Part shown: positions 1-11,900 of the stretch, in pieces | Layout: every line of letters starts with the position of its first letter | How positions within the stretch are numbered: position 1 is the stretch's first letter | Assembly: GCF_963921235.1 (NCBI RefSeq) | Contig: NC_086097.1 | Location: forward strand, 19,718,001 to 19,782,000 | Origin: Mobula hypostoma | Lineage: Eukaryota | Direction: 5' to 3' | Length of the DNA stretch: 64,000 bases | Program-made: the position numbers and the translations under genes | The notes under the pieces: model-generated | The model's database searches: none | Seen by the model: only the letters and a program-made list of their open reading frames with translations | What the model was told of the DNA's origin: nothing

Positions 1-66
1 CCCCGTGCTGGAAATGGCTGATGCCATTGGGCATAATTTAAAGATGATCAGAGGAAAGTATCAGAC

Positions 67-521
67 GAAGGCCCCAAATCCTCGGCTTTGTGTATCGCCT
101 GTTGCCGGGGCCGGGGTCGAAATGCTCGGCAGAGATGGTGCTCGGTGTCAAATAGGTGGTCGGAGGCTCGGAGTTTTTCGGACGGACTCGGAGTCAGACT
201 GTGGTCGGATGTTTCCGGGATGCTGCACCGGCAAGTTGGCGGCGCTGGAGGTTCACCGTCTATGTGAGATAATGGGACTTTCGAGTGACTCTGAGACTTT
301 TACTGTGCCATGGTCTGTTCTTATCAAATTACGGTATTGCTTTGCACTGTTGTAACTATATGTTATAATTATGTGTTTTTTGTTAGTTTTTAAGTCGGTT
401 TGTCATGTGCTTTCGTGATATCATTCTGGAAAAACATTTTTATCACTTCTTAATGCATGCATTACTAAATGACAATAAAAGGGGACTGCATGTCCTCATA
501 ATCATAATAATAATAATAATA
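67..521 (+). mobile_element. Non-autonomous retroelement or LINE 3' UTR copy with (ATA)n tail, inserted in a CR1 fragment
   Basis: Strong similarity to 38874-39330; AATAAA followed by a microsatellite tail. Confidence 0.7.
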
Positions 522-2516
522 GGGGGATGTCAGACGCAAGTTCTTTACACAGAGCGTAGTGAATGTGTGGAATGCCCTGCAAGGGTGGTGGTAGAAGAGG
601 CAGATACATCAGGGGCATTCAAGAAACTCTTAGACAGACACATTCCCACTGCTGTCTGAAAGGAGTTTGTACATTCTCCCCGTGACCGTATGGGTTTCCT
701 CCAGGTGCTCTGGTTTCCTCCCACAATCCAAAGACAAAACAGTTGGTTAAGTTAATTAGTCATTGTAAATTGTCCCGTGATTAGGCCAGGGATAAATCAG
801 GGGATTGCTGGGTGGTGTGGCTTGAAGGGTCAGAAGGGCCTATTCTGTGCTGTATCTCAATAAATAAAACAAATAATTAAATTATGATAGCAAAATGGAG
901 GAGGGAAGGGTTAGATTGATCTTGGAAAGGTTAAATGGTTGGTAGAAGATCATGGGTCAAAGGGCCTGGCCTGTGCTGTGATGTTCTATGTTCTCTTTTC
1001 AACAGTCCAGTGAGACTGACTCTCGCTGTTCCCCCTTCATAACCTCGACTGCTTTCTGGCAGTCCTGATGAAGCGTTTTGCCCTGAAACGGCAACTATAT
1101 ATTCCTTTCAACAGATGCTGCCTGACCTGCTGAGTTCCTCTAGCATTTTGTATGTTTTGCCTCAGTACGATGTTGCATTAATAGACTTCTTTCAGTCACA
1201 GGACCAACAGTATAACCCATCTTTATTCAGAGATTGCAAAGGCCCAGAACAGATGGTAATAATACTGAACAACCCTTTTCTCTCAACAAATCAGGGGCAG
1301 AACCTTGTCTCCAAGTGTCTCTCTACTCCTGTTACTGTAGATGGCAGCACTCCCATCATCCATCCAGCAGGGAGAGGCATTGAGCCCATTCTCGAGCTTT
1401 ACGCCTGGAACTCAACACCAGTTCTGTACTGAGGGAGAAGCAGACCATCAGAACTTTAGATGAAAAGACAATGGGGTGACCTGTTGGGCACCCTTTGAGA
1501 GAAGGGTAATGCAGTGTGATGTGACCAGGATGAACATTAAATTTTCCTGAATGCTATTGGTATCGCTTTGCTTTGGAAACTGAAGCAGAAAACCTCAGTT
1601 TATTAAAGAAGAACGATGCATAGCAAAGCAAATATAGCTCCTCCTCGTTTAACGAAGGACACTTTTGATGGCATCATTTCCGGTTTACCTGCCACCCTCG
1701 TGCCTCTCGTTGTCATTCTGGAGACGTGCAGTCCTTTCATCCCCCGTCTCTTCATCTCTTCAGCTGTCTGTTGTTTGTCTCTGATCCTGGAGACGTGCAT
1801 GCCTCTCCTCCTCTGTCTCTTCTTCTCTCATCTTCTTTTGTCCTGACTCTTTGATCCTGGCCTCATCCGATTCTTGTTCTCTCCCTCTCCTTGCCGCTTC
1901 CTGACGACGTTTGGCATTATCTTTTGACCATAATGTCCCCCTTCCCTTTCCACGCGGCATAATTAGGCTGACGTTTTTTTTACCCTAATGCTGGATAGAA
2001 GATACGAAGTACTAACACCAAAGGATGCTGATAATTCTTGATGATGTGGTTGGCGCTCTCCTAAATGGACGTGATATAGTCACCGCTGTCCTTTGACTGC
2101 AGCAAAGGGTTTTATGGATGTCTCGAAGTACGTCATTACAATAAGATTTAATTATCTCTTATTGATGGGTGGCAGTTAGATCTGCCCCAATCCTGCACAT
2201 GCTGATCGTGATTAGCAGAATGTGACCCTTCGAATTAGAGCTGCCCTGCCCTTTTGCTCCAGTAGGTGTCGCTGCTGAGGTTGGCCGTGCGCATGCGTCG
2301 GGCTGTCGCATCCCGATTTCCATGATGGCGGATCGGCTCTCGGGTGAAAGCGAGCCTGGTGATTTTGGCAAATGAGCAATTTTATATGAATATATAACCC
2401 TAAACTTTGCCTGTATTCTGCAAGTTGGCGCATTTTAATTCGATTTAGCCAAAAAAAGTGCCGCTGTAATGCACCGTTTGAACTAATTGGAGGTCACAAA
2501 CAAACAAACAGAGCAT

Positions 2517-3014
2517 AAACACAAAATACTCTGCAGATGCTGGGGTCAAAGCAACACTCACACACGCTGGAGGAACTCAGCAGGTTGGGCAGCATCCATG
2601 GAAACGACCAGTCAACGTTTCGGGCCGGAACCCTTCGTCAGGACTGAAGAGGGAAGGGGCAGAGGCCCTATAAAGAAGGTGGGGGGAGGGTGGGAAGGAG
2701 AAGGCTGGTAGGTTCCAGGTGAAAAACCAGTAGGGGGAAAGATAAAGGGGTGGGGGAGGGGAGGCATGGAGGTGATAGGCAGGAAAGGTGAAGAAGGAAT
2801 AGGGGAAAGCACAATGCGTAGTAGAAGGAGGCGGAACCATGAGGGAGGTGATAGGCAGCTGGGGGAGGGGGCAGAGTGAAACTGGGATAGGGGAAGGGAG
2901 GGAATTACCGGAAGTTGGAGAATTCGATGTTCATACCAAGGGGCTGGAGACTACCTAGACGGTATATGAGGTGTTGCTCCTCCAACCTGAGTTTAGCCTC
3001 ATCATGGCAGTATG
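2517..3014 (-). mobile_element. 5'-truncated Penelope-like element (GIY-YIG C-terminus plus hammerhead-bearing terminal repeat)
   Basis: [34 protein letters not shown]; 13-bp TSD ACAAACAGAGCAT at 2504-2516 and 3015-3027. Confidence 0.85.
2609..2646 (-). ncRNA. Minimal type I hammerhead ribozyme motif in PLE terminal repeat
   Basis: Minus strand CAGUC-CUGACGA-AGGGUUCCGGCCC-GAAAC-GUU-GACUG: stem I CAGUC/GACUG, catalytic boxes CUGANGA and GAAA, stem II GGG/CCC after an extra A, palindromic AACGUU in place of stem III. Confidence 0.7.
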
Positions 3015-3048
3015 ACAAACAGAGCATGAGAGTTTTAGTAGTATATAG

Positions 3049-3908
3049 TGTTACGAGAATACACATAAAATTAAGATGTTTGCTGGCCTGGGCTAGCATC
3101 AGTGGCATCAGCAATTGGTCTGCCACCTGCCCTCAGGGGAAGGAGAGATAAGGAACAATGGAGCAGCGTCTGGAGATGTGTAATGAAGGGACGTGGGAGA
3201 GAGAGCTGTCTGGAGCGGCTCCCCCCTTTGAACCCTGAACTGTTTGAAGTGATGGACAGGCGATACCCCAGCAGGGGGATAAAAAGGGACAGGTTCGCTA
3301 AGACACACACACGCCACCCGAGGTAACGAGACCCTGGAAGCGGTGCGCCTCTCACGAGTGGGTGAGAAGTGCCAGACAACGACAAGGGTGGAAAGGTACG
3401 ATCAGCGGGAACCCGGTGTGTGTCCGCCCTGGCCTGGGTGCCGGGTTCACTGCAGAGGATCGACCGCATCTGGAGGAGGGGTCACAGTCGGTGACCTCAG
3501 GTGACATCACCAAGGACCCGCCCAAAAGTTGCTTGTGAGCAATCTCGCTGATCTGTGAGTGAAGCTGTGCTGAATGATGAGTTGTTCCTGTTCTCTCTGT
3601 CTCTCTTCCCGCACGTTGTCCATCGCCATGGCAACGATTACTGCGAACTGAACTACTAACTGGACTGAACTTTGAGTCATTTTGAAATTTGGTCATTTAC
3701 CCCTAGACAACGATAGAGCTTGATTGATGCTGTTATCTTAATGCTGTGCACATGTGTGTTTATCATCACTGAACTGTTGCATTTATTATCCTTTCGATTA
3801 CTGTGTTGCTTGTTTCTTTAATAAAACTTTCTTAGTTCTAGTACTCCAGACTCCAACTGAGTGATCCATTTCTGCTGGTTTGGCAACCCAGTTACGGGGT
3901 ACGTAACA
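3049..3908 (+). mobile_element. Solo LTR (Gypsy-like)
   Basis: Termini TGTTACG...CGTAACA; 4-bp TSD ATAG (3045-3048 and 3909-3912); AATAAA near 3820. Confidence 0.85.
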
Positions 3909-4442
3909 ATAGATATTAAACCAAGGTCCTATCTGCTCTCTCAGGCAGAAGTAAAAGGTGCCAATCACACTATTCCAAGAAGCACATTTACATGGAGTGC
4001 TGCCACAAAAAGAGCAGTATCCATCATCAAAACCCCACCACCACCCAGGCCACGCCGCCTCTTTGCTACTATCATCAGGCAGGAGGTATCGGGGCCTAAG
4101 GACCCACAGCACCAGGTTCGGGAACAACCAACAAGCTCCTGAACCAGTGCAGATAATTTCAACCACCACTGCTCCAAGCTGATTCTACGACCTACAGACT
4201 CACTTCCAAGGACACGAAGGATTCTGCAGATGCTGGAAATCCAGGGTAATACACCCAGAAGGCTGGAGGAACTCAGCAGATCAGGCAGCATCTACACAGG
4301 AGTAAAGAGTCAACGTCTCGGGCTGAGACCCCCCCATCAGGACAGACTTTCAAGGACCCTTTACATCTCATGTACTCAGCATTATTTTCTATTTGCATAG
4401 TGCGTCTTCCTTTGAACACTGGTTGTTTGTCCATCTGTTTGT

Positions 4443-4525
4443 ACATAGATTTCATATACAAAATATAGACATATAGATTTCATATACAAAGTAAAGACAT
4501 ATAGATTACATATACAAAGTTAGAC
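4443..4525. repeat. About 27-28 bp AT-rich tandem repeat, 3 copies
   Basis: acatatagatt(t/a)catatacaaa repeated. Confidence 0.8.
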
Positions 4526-5720
4526 ATCTTTGATGATAAATTTAGTTTGAACTTTGACACTCTTGCTGCATTCCAGCTAAATTTACCCTGAGCCCATGAT
4601 AAATTATCCAGCTATGACAGTGCTGTTTGTGGGAGTGTCCTGTAGCCAGATATGCTGTACTTCAGCAATAGTTCATGAGTCACAGAGCAACTTGGACCAT
4701 CTCCAGCTTTGAAGTGACACAATATAAATACACCTCTTTCCTGGAAGTAATTTGGAAGTTGTGTATCTCAGGTAGTCAACAGCTGGTTGAGTTGTTCTTG
4801 CCGACATCCATCTCATCATTTTTTTTATACAACTTGATCGCATATTTTTCTAGGTGATTATACACATCGGAGTTAAGCATTCAGACCATACATTTCCTGT
4901 TTTGCCTGGCGATAGACCATGCCACTGGATGGTTGATTGGTGGCCAGTAACTGACTCTTTGTAGTCTATATTTTGGGCATCAAATGCTCAAGTGTGCTGG
5001 TTGTTGGGAGAACTTGACCTGCAGGCAAGCCTCCACACAGGAGCAACTTTTCCTCCTCCATGAATGCTTAAGGCGGGGGAGGGGGTGGGGGGGGGAACGA
5101 TCAAGTTATAAAACAGGAACGAGATGAATGCTGCAAGATCGGAGAACAACTCAACCCAACGACATCCTTTCTGTTTACCACACAGAATAGCTATCACACT
5201 GTGGTCCATCATTGCACAGACCTCCAACGTCACACCCTGGAGTGGAACAGTTTCCAATCTGCCCCAACTCCATCCATTCAGAAAGACACCACGCTTTCAC
5301 CGATGCTGACTGCCACATCTATTTATGTCGAGGGTTCCACAACGTGCCAATTCCAACCACGGCTGCTCAGATCTGAAGCTATGGTTCAACTGCTGTATCA
5401 GTGAGTCCAAAGCACCATCAGGGACATCCAGGAAGTAGCAGGTTGCTCAGGGAAACAGGAACAGTGCAGAACCGACATTCCCCAACTGGGCCCAATCTGC
5501 CCCATGTTAGATGGCAGCACAAAACCAGCAATCAAGAATGCTGCTCCTATTGTCAGGACTGCCTAATGAAACTGGAACTCATCTCAATCGATCAACACCC
5601 ACTTCCGGTGCTCCCAAAGACCTGGAAACCATAGTCTTTGGCTGGCCCTGACAGCCTGCCCTTCCAGCCCTGGAAGGCTGCTGCAAGCAAGTTTCTCGCT
5701 GCACCTGGACCGCCAGCACT

Positions 5721-6562
5721 CTTTCCAGTCAAGATGGCGCCAGCGAGCAATGCTCCCTCGGTCCGCATCTTCCAGATAGCTCACGAAAATATCCTTTTCA
5801 CTTCTTTTCCGTCTGTTTAAGGTGAAATGTGTTTCTGGGACATTTAAGAGTTAGAGCCTGCGACTTACAGTTTGGAGATTGTTTGAGTGATCCAGCTCTT
5901 TGTTGTCTCCAAGAAGATTGAGGGAAGCGAGCACGTACTCGGAAGGCCTCGATGCGAAGAAACTTCAAGACAGGGCATGTGCCAATGTCTCGCCATTTAA
6001 AGCTTCCATTAATTCCTGATTAGAGCGTCGAGGCAGATTAAGACACAGAAGCAGATGCGAGGCAGGCGAGAGTCTCGGCGCAGACTGTGGCTTTTTGATC
6101 ACGGCTGGAGAAGGAGCCTGTGAGTGGCCTGTCACTGTGTGGCTCGCTGTGTGCCTTGCTGCACTCATATGGTACCCACTCTTTCGATGATGCCGTAGGA
6201 TGGTACAGTGGTTTTGCGTTTATGGATTGGACTACTGTGTTTATAGACTGTCAACTTCTTCTGACTTATGGTTTTTACATTGCGTTTTTTTATTACCCGT
6301 TCCTTTTCTGTTTTGTTGTGCGAAGGGAGGGGTTTGGGCGTTGATGTTCTGTTAGCTCTTTCATGTGGGGGAGGTATTGCTTTCTGAGGGTCATTTTGTG
6401 TGGGGGGAGGGGGATTTTGGGGGTTGATGATCACGATGCTATTCTTTTTTTGTACGGGGGGGTGTAGATTTGATGTTTCTCTCTGAAACAACTTTCATTT
6501 TCTTTCTTATTTTCATAGCTATCCGGCGGACACGTGCTTTGATAATAAATGAACCTTTGACC
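5721..6562 (+). mobile_element. Non-autonomous LINE-derived element
   Basis: 5' AAGATGGCG motif; 3' tail GATAATAAATGAACCTTTGA resembles tails elsewhere in the window (e.g. about 15210, 27765, 36010). Confidence 0.5.
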
Positions 6563-6659
6563 TCACCATACTTGTGATCACAGCCATAAACTCCAAAATT
6601 GACCTGGCAGCATGAACTGACAGAGAACCGCAGTTTTCTACCAAAGCCTCGCTTGTCCC

Positions 6660-7022
6660 TTTATTATGTGCCGTGTCGTATGACATGGGCAATCATGGTC
6701 TTTGTATGACCATGACTGTTACTGGTAAATTTTTCTACAGAAGAGGTTTGCCATTGCCACCTTCTGGGCAGTGTCTTTACGAGACGGGTGACCCCAGCCA
6801 TGATGAATGGTCTTCAGAGACTGTCTGCCTGGTGTCAGAGGTCACATAACCAGGACGTGTGATGTGCACCAGCCGTTCATACGAACATCCCCACCTGCTC
6901 CCATGGCTTCATGTGACCCTGATCAGTTGCTACACCTTGTCCAAGGGTGACCTGCAGACTAGCAGAGGAAAGGAGCGCCTTACACCTCCTTTGGTAGAGA
7001 TATATCTCTAACATGCCATCCA
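6660..7022 (-). mobile_element. SINE-like element with RTE-type 3' tail
   Basis: Minus strand GGCAATGGCAAACCTCTT...CACATAATAA tail, recognised from memory of RTE-dependent SINEs. Confidence 0.45.
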
Positions 7023-7129
7023 ACTGATTCTATAAAATAACAGAATCTAATTGTGAATTCTTCAAGTTCCCAGTTGCCTGATAGCGACTGTTTCTTCAAA
7101 ACACAGATTTCAAAAGTAAATGTGGTTCA

Positions 7130-7860
7130 AAACTTGCTTGCTTTGCCCTTGTCCTTCTACACTCCTGACTGTGGGGCTAGCGACTGCCCAAATACCATTT
7201 ATGAATTCACCAGTGACACAGCTGTTAGCCAAATCTCAGATGGCAACAAGGGGACGCATAGGAGCGAGATAGATCAGCTGGCTCTGTGGTGTGGCAACAA
7301 CGACCTTGCACTCAACATCAGCTATTGGGGACGTCGGGAGGACACACACCAATCCTCATCAAGGAGTCAGCACAGAAAAGGGGGGCAGCTTTGACTTCCT
7401 GGCCATCGACGTCTCACAGCATCTATCCTGGGCCCAACACATTAATGCGCTGGTGTATCATGGCTATACTTCGTTTGGAGTTTGAGGATATTTAGTATGT
7501 TACCAAAACACTTGCGAATTTCTGTAGTAGCGAGCATTCTGACTGGTTGCATCACTGCCTGACATGGAGGCTGCAATGCACAGAATTGGAAAAAGCTTCA
7601 GAGGACGGTAAACTCAACCATCTCCATCATGGACATTAGCCTCCCCATCATCAAAGGCATCTTTAATAGGCAATGCCTGAAAAAGTTTGCAACATTATTA
7701 AGGACTCTCACTACCCAATTTATTTCCTTTTCCCATTGCTGCCATCAGGGAGGTGGTACAGGAGCATGAAGACCTGCACTCAAAGATGTAGGAACAGCTT
7801 CTTACCCTCCACCATCAGATTTCTAAATGGTTCTTGAACACTACCTCACTATTCCTCTTC
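7130..7860 (+). mobile_element. Decayed Rex1/L2-like LINE 3' fragment
   Basis: Remnant RT C-terminus (...DQLALWCGNNDLALNIS...; LLPSGR-type end) with frameshifts. Confidence 0.65.
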
Positions 7861-8818
7861 TGTAGTAGTGAATGCTGCAGCTCTGCTAGAAAGAGCCCAA
7901 GCTTCTCATGGACAAGGGCGACAGGGGTATAACCAGCGACAGGTCACAGTACCCAGTCTTTGAAACACCTAGCTATTTCTTCATTGCTGCTGGTTATCTA
8001 ACAGGTCGGGGAGTACGTCACCCGGACCTCAAACAGCTCACCCCCACCCGCACTCTGAAATGCCAGCTTCACCAGCCATGTTGGTGTATGAAGAACAACC
8101 CCAGGCTTTTGTAACTCTGCTGCCCACTCCAATACTTATCCACTGATTGACGTCTCTAGAGTTCAAGTTCAAGTTGACTGTCTTTCTACCACTAAACTTA
8201 ATGAAGTTCCTCCGGGCCAGGGGGAACAATACAGTACATACAACTCACACACAACGCATAAAAGTAATATGACCACAAATAAATTAACAAGTAAAAAAAT
8301 ATATTCCAGAAGATTGACTTCAGCATGAAGTACATTATGGACACAAGTTAAGAAGTAAACGGTATAATACTATTGGCGCTTCATACATGTTGAGACCTGG
8401 GTGGTAGAAGAGAGTTCAGTGGGTCTCACAGCCCGGAGAAAGAAGCTGATTCCCACCCAAACAGGGCTTGTCCTAATTCTGCAGAACCTCCAGCCCGATG
8501 GTAGGGGGGTCAAAGTGATTATGGGGTGGCTAGGAGGGATCACTGACAATGCTAAGGGCCCTGCATATGCAGCAGTCCTGACAAATCAGATGGGCAGAAG
8601 AGAGACCCCAGTGTTCCTCTCAGCAGTCCTCGCAATACATTATAACAGCGGCTGTACATCAGAAATGCAATGTGACTTCCCATTCCCATTCTAACATAGT
8701 CAGCACGGATGAGTTGGGCCGAGGGGCCTGTTTCCAAGACTATTAACTCTATGACTTTAATAAACACATTGGTTCCCCACGGTATCTCAAGCAACTGACG
8801 AAAGAAGCATCCTCTTAC

Positions 8819-8911
8819 CTGTCTGCCACCAGGTATCCATCACTGGACATCTGCTGTCTCCAACTACCCGGTAATACCAGTCCCATGCCTCAGAATTGAT
8901 AGGTTCACCAA
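8819..8911 (-). CDS. ACSS1: ACSS1 exon 8
   Basis: (V)[33 protein letters not shown] acceptor, GTAAG donor; absent from the ORF track, read by hand. Confidence 0.93.
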
Positions 8912-11900
8912 CTGAGAATCAGTCAGAACAAGAAAATTAATTTCATTCTATTGAATGAGGCCCCAAAATCAACATCCTCAGAACACTGTAACCATGGTTA
9001 CCAAACAAGGGCCCAAGGCCTTATCACCTAAAGCTGGTGTCCAGTTAACAGCAGCACCCTTAGCAGCACTGATGTACAGAGGGACCTGGAGGTGCAAGTA
9101 CAGAGCTCCCCGAAGGTCGCATCACAAATAGGCAGGGTGGTAAGAATTAGGTATACTTGCTCAAACATCAGCCCATTGACTACAACATTTTTGAAGTCAT
9201 ATTGCAGCTGTCTTAAGATTTTGTTTAGACCACATTAGGAGTACTGTGTGTAGTTCTGGTCGCCACATTACAGGAAGGATGTGGAGGCTTCAGAAAAGGT
9301 ACAGAAGAGGTCCACTAGGATGCTGTTTGGATTGGAGAGAATTAACTACAAGGAGAGGTTGGACCAACTTGGGGTTGTTTCTCTGGAGCAGAGGCTGAGG
9401 GGTGACCGAATGTAAGTGTGAACCTGGGTCCCTGGCATTGTAATAGCATTATACTAACCAAAAGAATTTTTTAAAATGCTGAGGTGATTGGATGGGTTGA
9501 AGTATTACCATGGTAGAAGTTTATAATCTTACAAGAGGAGCAGATAGTCAGAATCTCTTTCTTTTGGTAGAAATGTCAAATATTAGAGGCATAGAAGTTG
9601 TGGCAAGGCAAAGGTTAAGATGATGTGCCGAGAGTCAATGTGCAGACAGTGTATGATCATCCAAGCTGAACGTGCTGTTGAGAACCTAATTCCTCTTTAT
9701 ACAGTTTCCTTCTTCAAGCCCAGCACTTAGGTAACCAGACAAGATAAGATAAAACTTCATTTATCACAAAGGAAATTATTGTTGCAAGGTTGCTCAGTCA
9801 GAAATAGATACTTTAAAATACAAAATGTAAGCATTGAGGCTTGGAAAAAATACAGAATGTGCATTAAAAAGTAATAGTGCAAAATACAGATGAGCAATGA
9901 AACCATATACTTATATACGTAAGGAGGAGGAGGAGATGTAGTCTTATAGCCGCAGGGAGAAAGGGTCTCCTGTGGTCTTCAGTGATGCGCCTCGGTGGAA
10001 TCAGCCGGTTACTAAAGCTGCTCCTCTGTTTGTCCAGTGTGTCATGGAGGGGGTGAGAGGGATTGTCCATAATGCTCCGTAGTTTCTGCAGCATCCTCCC
10101 CTCAGACACGACCACCAGGGAATCCAAACAAGAGAAAATCTGCAGATGTTCCACCCCCAGAACAGAACCAGCCTTCCGCACAAGCTTACCGATCTGCTTG
10201 GCATCTGCTGCTCTCAGCCTGCTGCCCCAGCAGACTACAGCTTGGAACAAAATGCTGGCCACCACTGAGTCGTAGAACATCTGCACCATAGTACTGCAGA
10301 CGTTGAATGACCGGAGCCTCCTCAGGAAGTACAGTCGGCTCTGTCCCTTCTTGTACAGAGACCCTGTGTTTTTAAACCAGTCCAGTTTATTGTCCAGGTG
10401 AGTTCCCAAGTTTTTGTAGTCCCAGACGACTTCCACATCCGTTCCCTTGATGGAGATGGGAATGCAGGGTGTTTTCACCTTCTTGAAGTCCACCACCAAC
10501 TCCTTTGTCTTGGTTACATTGAACTGCAGGTGATTCAGCCCACACCACTCAACAAAGTTGTCCACCACTCTTCTGTACTCAGCCTCTTGACCCCGGCTGA
10601 TACAGCCCACAATGGCCGAATCGTCTGAAACTTCTGCAGGTGGCAGGACTCTGAGTTGTATCTGACGTCCAAGGTGCAGATGCTGAACAAGAAAGGGGAC
10701 AAGGACAGTCCCCTGAGGTGCCCCTGTGCTGCTAACAACAGTATCTGATACACAGCTCTGCAATCTCACATACTGTGGCTGTCTGGACAGGTCGTCTGTT
10801 ATCCAGGACACCAGTGGAGCATCCACCTGTATCTCCGTGAGCTTACCCCCTGGTAAAGCAGGTCGTATGGTGTTAAAAGCACCGGAGAAATCAAAGGACA
10901 TGATTCTCACAGTGCTGCCTGGCTCATCCAGATGGGTGTAAGCGCATTGAGGCAGGAAGATAATGGCGTTCTCAACTCCAATATGTGGTTGGTCAGCAAA
11001 CTGCAGGGAGTCCAGTGATGGATTTATGATGGTCCAGGAGTGTGTCAGGACCAGTCTTCCTATTGATTTCATAACCTGTGAGGTCAGTGCCGATGGTCTG
11101 TAGTCGCTGGGCGTGGTGGGACATGTCTTCTTGGGTACTGGAACTAGGCAGGATGTTTTCCACAGTAGGACCCTCTCCATGCTCAGGCTCAGATTAAAGA
11201 TGTATTGAAAGACTGCACCCAGCTGAGTAGCACACACGTTGACTGCCCATGGGCTGATGCCATCTGGGCCCATGGCCTTGCCTGGGTGAAGCCTGCTGAG
11301 CTCTCCCCTTCCCTGCTCAGCAGTGACGGTCCACGTGTCTGTGCTCGTTGGCTCTCCGGTGTCCTCTCCAAGGGCAAGGGGTGAGGGGGAGGGAGCTGGG
11401 GGGGGAGGTGGATGGGTTGTAGAAAGGTAAACAGAAGCCTCCTCATCAAACCTGCTGAAAAACCAGTTTAACCCGTTGGCTCTGTCCCAGTCCCCTTCAA
11501 TCATGGTGTCTCTGGTCTTTGTGTAGCCTGTGATCGTTTTCATACCACTCCATGCATCCTTTGTGTTGTTCTGCTGCAGTTTTCTCTCCAGCGTTCTCCT
11601 GTAGCAGTCCATGCCCTGGGCAATCTTCTCCCTCAGTTCCCTCTGAAGCAGCCTCATCTCTTCCCTATCTCCACCTCCGAATGCCCTCTTCTTCCTGTTC
11701 AGAATGGCTTTGATGTCTTTGGTCACCCAAGGTTTATTGTTTGGGAAACAGCATACCGTCCTAGTTGGTACGGGCACGCAGGAGAGGAGCTACAGGGGCG
11801 CGGGCAAGTGGGAGACGAGCTACAGGGGCGCGGGCAAGCGGGAGACGAGCTACAGGGGCGCGGGCAAGCGGGAGACGAGCTACAGGGCACAGGCACGCAG

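Larger units (their letters stand above)
1634..3913 (-). mobile_element. Non-autonomous Helitron interrupted by a PLE insertion and a solo LTR
   Basis: Removing the LTR restores the 5' end A|TCTATATACTACTAAAACTCTC. 3' hairpin CCTTCGTTAAACGAGG is followed by a degenerate CTAT end. Decayed ORF MPRGKGRG...EETEEERHARLQ resembles RepHel N-terminal repeats. Confidence 0.7.

Noticed and set aside
7929..7997. Possible pre-miRNA (ATAACCAGC...GCTGGTTAT)
   Set aside because: Only about 9-12 bp pair around a large loop, too weak for a Drosha-type hairpin.
1..8818. ACSS1 exon 9 (expected ETGG...PFFG motif)
   Set aside because: Not found by eye on the minus strand; presumed outside the window, though a spliced alignment should confirm this.
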